Source: an uncultured Bacteroidota bacterium (lineage in GTDB: Bacteria > Bacteroidota > Bacteroidia > UBA7662). From it: a stretch of 47,939 bases of DNA. Positions 44,847 through 47,939 of the stretch are shown piece after piece (the first letter of the stretch is position 1; each line of letters opens with the position of its first letter). Location: contig CAIOCC010000103.1 in NCBI GenBank assembly GCA_903856555.1, positions 1 through 47,939 on the forward strand. The letters are read 5' to 3'. The position numbers were made by a program, and so were the translations under genes. The notes beneath the pieces are model-generated. The model did no database searches. It saw nothing but the letters and a program-made list of their open reading frames with translations, and was not told the DNA's origin.

Positions 44847-45942
44847 TTAGGGATTTTTGGCACTTTGTTCGCTCATCAAATAGGCTTTGATAAAGGGATC
44901 CAAATCACCGTCCAGGACACCCTGGGCGTTGGAGGTTTCGTGTTCGCTCCGCACGTCCTTGACCAATTTGTAGGGATGCAAAACATAGGAACGAATCTGA
45001 GAGCCCCATTCAATTTTCTTTTTGCTGCTTTCGATGGCCTGTCGGGCTTCGTTGCGTTTTCGGATCTCCAATTCGTAAAGTTGGGAACGCAGCATCTGCA
45101 TGGCTCTTTCACGGTTGGCGGATTGACTCCGTTCCACTTGGCAAGTGATCACGATACCGGTCGGCTTGTGGGTCAGCATGACTTTGGTTTCGACCTTGTT
45201 GACGTTTTGGCCCCCGGCCCCTCCGGAGCGCGCTGTTTGCATTTCAATTTCCGAAGGATGGATGTCGATTTGGATACTATCGTCAATGACCGGGTAGGCA
45301 TAAACCGAAGCGAAGGAAGTGTGTCGACGCGCGTTGGAATCGTAGGGCGAAATGCGCACCAAACGATGCACCCCGTTCTCGCCCTTGAGGTAACCGTAGG
45401 CAAAGTCACCTGTTATTTCGAGCGTCACGGATTTGATGCCGGCCTCTTCGCCATCCTGCCGATCCAATTCCTGAATGCGGTATCCATGGCCTTCGGCCCA
45501 CATCCGGTACATGCGTTCCAACATCGAAGCCCAATCCTGGCTTTCGGTTCCACCGGCTCCTGAATTGATTTCAATGATGGCGCTCAGCGGGTCCTCCTCG
45601 CTTTGTAACATATTTTTGAATTCCAGCGCTTCGACGGCTGTCAAGGCCTGATCATGGGCCTGGTCCAGGTCGTCCATGCTCAATTCGCCAGCCTGCTGAA
45701 ATTCGTAATAAATACCGAGTTCTTCGATTTTTTCGGCCAATTGCTCGTAGGCCTCCACCCATTGTTTGGGTATTTTGATGGACTTGAGCCATTGCTCCGC
45801 CTGGTCGGCTTGATCCCAGAAACCGGGAGCCGTCGAGCGGGTTTCTACATCCTTGATTTTGGCAATCTTGGCTTCGACGTCAAAGAAACCTCCTCAACGC
45901 CTCTAGGCGTTCCCGAAGGTCTGTTAGGTGTTCGTATCGCAT
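44847..45942 (-). CDS. prfB: Peptide chain release factor 2, expressed via programmed +1 ribosomal frameshift (join of 45942..45883 and 45881..44847 on the minus strand)
   Basis: Frame 0 reads [20 protein letters not shown] and then TGA. The +1 frame continues [24 protein letters not shown]... into the track ORF (GGQ motif [11 protein letters not shown]; RHTSF). The full length is ~364 aa. Confidence 0.9.
45879..45897 (-). promoter_or_regulatory. prfB: prfB +1 frameshift site: AGGAGG-TTT-CTT TGA C
   Basis: Minus-strand sequence GAGGAGGTTTCTTTGAC. The SD-like stimulator lies 3 nt upstream of the slippery CTT followed by in-frame TGA C, the same layout as the E. coli prfB site. Confidence 0.85.
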
Positions 45943-45946
45943 GTCC

Positions 45947-45954
45947 CAAAAGTA
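45947..45954 (-). promoter_or_regulatory. Candidate -7 box TACTTTTG, 4 nt upstream of the prfB ATG (45942)
   Basis: Perfect TAnnTTTG on the minus strand. The sequence reads TACTTTTG-GGAC-ATG. Confidence 0.4.
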
Positions 45955-45994
45955 AGGCAGGCAGGAAGGTCCTCAGCCCTTCCCGTATCCAAGA

Positions 45995-46411
45995 TTAAAA
46001 ATCGAGCAGGGTCCCCTGCACCAAGCCCCCGTTGCTGAAGGACCAAAAGTCCTCCCAAACCGTGCAGGTGGACTGGGTGCCAGGTCCCACCACACATTCC
46101 ACCAGATCAAAGCGGATTTCGCCACGGAACGAATGCTCCCTTAGGAAGCGATAGGCGGCTATTCGAAGGGCATGGGCCTTGCGGGGGCGGATCTGCCGGC
46201 AAGGTGTCCAGGGCCGGGGGCCGGTCATGCTTTTGACTTCAACAAAAACCAGGACTTTTTCTTTCTGAATGACCAAATCGATTTCGTAGGGATGGGATCT
46301 CCAGTTTCGGGCCCGAATTTGCCAGCCCAAACGCTGGAGATGTTCGGCCGCCAGGGTTTCCCCTTGGGCCCCCAAGGCCTTATTTTTGTTGTATAAATTG
46401 GTCTTCGCCAT
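45995..46411 (-). CDS. yraN: YraN family (UPF0102) endonuclease-like protein
   Basis: ALGAQGETLAAEHLQRLGWQIRARNWRSHPYEIDLVIQKEKVLVFVEVKS matches the YraN PD-(D/E)xK core. Confidence 0.8.
   Translation of the reverse strand: MAKTNLYNKNKALGAQGETLAAEHLQRLGWQIRARNWRSHPYEIDLVIQKEKVLVFVEVKSMTGPRPWTPCRQIRPRKAHALRIAAYRFLREHSFRGEIRFDLVECVVGPGTQSTCTVWEDFWSFSNGGLVQGTLLDF
46381..46388 (+). promoter_or_regulatory. Candidate -7 box TATTTTTG, 34 nt upstream of the pgi ATG and embedded in yraN codons
   Basis: Perfect TAnnTTTG on the plus strand. The yraN/pgi spacer itself is only 11 bp, so any pgi promoter must lie inside yraN. Confidence 0.25.
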
Positions 46412-46422
46412 AGCCCCCCAAG

Positions 46423-47939
46423 ATGAACCTTCGCCTTCCCCGAATCAACCCCACCGAAACATCCGCGTGGAAACAACTAACGCACAGCGCCCAGGCCCTC
46501 GATGGTCAGCGTCTCCAGGATTTGTTTGGGGCCGATCCCGACAGGGCCGAACGAATGAGTGCCGAAGGGGCGGGCTGGTTCTTGGATTACTCCAAGAATC
46601 TGCTGGACGATCAAACCCTCCAACATTTGTTGAAGCTCTTGGAGGAATGTGGTTGGGAACAAGCCCTGAACGCCACTCGCAACGGAGGCGCCATTAACGA
46701 AACCGAAAACAGGGCGGTGCTGCACACCGTACTTCGGGATCCGGGCCATCCCCTGCGATTAAGCGATGGTAGTCAGCCCGGTGTTTTGGTGGAAGAAGTC
46801 CTCAACCGGATGGAAAAGTTTGTGGAATCGGTCCGCGGGGGTCAACTGCGGGGATGCACCGGACAGGCCTTCACGGATGTGGTGAATATTGGCATTGGCG
46901 GCTCCGATCTGGGACCCTTGATGGCCTGCGAAGCCTTGGCACCCTACGCGGGGCCATTGCGGGGTCACTTTGTATCCAATGTTGACGGGGCCCATTGGCA
47001 GCGGACCCTGCTGGGGTTGAATCCGGAAACCACGCTTTTTTTGGTGGCTTCCAAAACCTTTACCACCCAAGAGACCATGGCCAACGCCCAAAGCGCCCGC
47101 AACTGGTTTACCCAGGCTTTGGGGGAACGAGCCAAGGTCAAGGATCATTTTGTGGCCTTGTCCACCAACCGGGAGAAGGTGGTCGAATTTGGAATTGACA
47201 GCGAACGCATGTTTCCATTTTGGGATTGGGTTGGAGGACGCTATTCGGTATGGTCGGCGATTGGAATGTCCTTGGCGTTGTCCATTGGTTTTGAACGTTT
47301 TCGAGAATTTTTGGAAGGCGCTCGTCAAATGGATCTGCATTTTTGGGAAACCCCCCCGGTACGTAACCTCCCGGTCCTCTTGGCATTGGTGGGGGTGTGG
47401 AACCGGAATTTTTTGAAGATGGAGACCCTGGCGGTGCTTCCCTACGATCAATGCCTTTCTCGTTTCCCGGCCTACCTGCAACAAGCCGATATGGAGAGCA
47501 ACGGAAAATCGGTGGACCGCCATGGAAATCCGTTGACCTACCACAGCGGTCCGGTGCTTTGGGGCGAGCCCGGGACCAACGGTCAACATGCCTTTTATCA
47601 ACTGATCCACCAGGGTACGGTTCGGGTCCCTTGCGATTTTATTTTGGCGGCCAATACCCATTACCCCGGAGGACTCCACCATCGCTACCTCAGCGCCAAC
47701 GCCTTTGCCCAGGCCCAGGCCTTGATGCAGGGTCGTAGCCTCGACGAAGTGCGGGCCGTTTCTGCAGGCTCCCCCAACCCTGCCGAAGCTTACCAGGTCT
47801 TTGAGGGGAACCGTCCCAGCAATTTTCTACTATGCCAACGCCTGACCCCGGCAGCCTTGGGGGCTTTGGTGGCGATGTATGAGCACAAAATTTGGGTTCA
47901 AGGGGTGGTGTGGAATGTGTTTAGTTACGACCAATGGGG
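46423..47939 (+). CDS. pgi: Glucose-6-phosphate isomerase, 3' end outside the window (absent from the ORF track because no stop is reached)
   Basis: ATG 46423 gives MNLRLPRINPTETSAWKQLTHSAQAL. Motifs: NIGIGGSDLGP, LVASKTFTTQET, FWDWVGGRYSVWSAIG, QQADMESNGK, GEPGTNGQHAFYQLIHQG. The frame is open to nt 47939. Confidence 0.92.
   Translation, partial: MNLRLPRINPTETSAWKQLTHSAQALDGQRLQDLFGADPDRAERMSAEGAGWFLDYSKNLLDDQTLQHLLKLLEECGWEQALNATRNGGAINETENRAVLHTVLRDPGHPLRLSDGSQPGVLVEEVLNRMEKFVESVRGGQLRGCTGQAFTDVVNIGIGGSDLGPLMACEALAPYAGPLRGHFVSNVDGAHWQRTLLGLNPETTLFLVASKTFTTQETMANAQSARNWFTQALGERAKVKDHFVALSTNREKVVEFGIDSERMFPFWDWVGGRYSVWSAIGMSLALSIGFERFREFLEGARQMDLHFWETPPVRNLPVLLALVGVWNRNFLKMETLAVLPYDQCLSRFPAYLQQADMESNGKSVDRHGNPLTYHSGPVLWGEPGTNGQHAFYQLIHQGTVRVPCDFILAANTHYPGGLHHRYLSANAFAQAQALMQGRSLDEVRAVSAGSPNPAEAYQVFEGNRPSNFLLCQRLTPAALGALVAMYEHKIWVQGVVWNVFSYDQW

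Noticed and set aside
45880-45882. In-frame TGA in prfB as selenocysteine, readthrough or a pseudogene lesion
   Set aside because: The CTT TGA C context with an upstream AGGAGG, and a perfectly continuing +1 frame, is the classical RF2 autoregulatory frameshift. No SECIS-like structure is needed.
44808-45998. Plus-strand ORFs 44808-45563 (251 aa) and 45654-45998 (114 aa) opposite prfB, the latter spanning the frameshift site
   Set aside because: Both are antisense shadows of RF2. The apparent gap in coding at 45759-45942 is explained by the prfB N-terminus plus the +1 frameshift, not by a separate gene.
46759-47682. 307-aa minus-strand ORF at the right end of the window
   Set aside because: It is antisense to the glucose-6-phosphate isomerase frame. 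That frame is missing from the ORF track only because it runs off the window, and its motifs are unambiguous. The antisense product has no recognisable features.
1-47939. Scan for tRNA/rRNA, CRISPR repeats, IS elements or inverted repeats, integrases and prophage genes
   Set aside because: I found none. Coding density is near-complete on one or the other strand, and no direct repeat longer than the 15-bp duplication at 23403-23432 was noticed by eye. This was a manual scan, so short or degenerate repeats could have been missed.

Overview
This 47.9-kb window is a tightly packed, co-linear housekeeping segment that looks like a Bacteroidota (FCB-group) chromosome of moderately high GC. I can support 41 protein-coding ORFs. 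Two are cut by the window edges: pckA on the left and pgi on the right. They cover: translation and RNA modification (leuS, truB, rlmH, prmC, mnmD, rsmE, miaA, cca, prfB); cofactor and nucleotide metabolism (ribF, ribD, a PTPS/QueD-family enzyme, pyrD, an AMP-nucleosidase-like protein); replication and topology (holA, rarA, topA); and envelope functions (ftsX, DUF3098, uppP, hldD, a GT2+GT39 pair, a ~1030-aa plug/beta-barrel outer-membrane protein, an S9 peptidase, an FKBP lipoprotein). There is also a variant System-I cytochrome c maturation pair (ccmE-ccmF), a UbiA prenyltransferase-maf pair and one giant orphan histidine kinase. I saw no rRNA, tRNA, CRISPR array, transposase, integrase, phage gene or recognisable defence/toxin module, and there is almost no intergenic space. 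I therefore do not think this window hides a novel multi-gene system, and calling one would be over-reach. Worth a second look: (1) a programmed +1 frameshift in prfB that the ORF track misses; (2) an uninterrupted RsmE-DUF4159 fusion ORF with an internal signal-peptide-like segment; (3) a Cys-type (CPSKY) CcmE; (4) perfect TAnnTTTG (-7) boxes only 4-12 nt from many start codons, suggesting leaderless-type transcripts, with back-to-back boxes in 35-52-bp divergent spacers; (5) long convergent coding overlaps, up to 118 nt for HK/maf; (6) a eukaryote-like PTPS; (7) an acidic-tailed PRiA4_ORF3-like protein. All family assignments come from motifs read by eye; no database search was possible.
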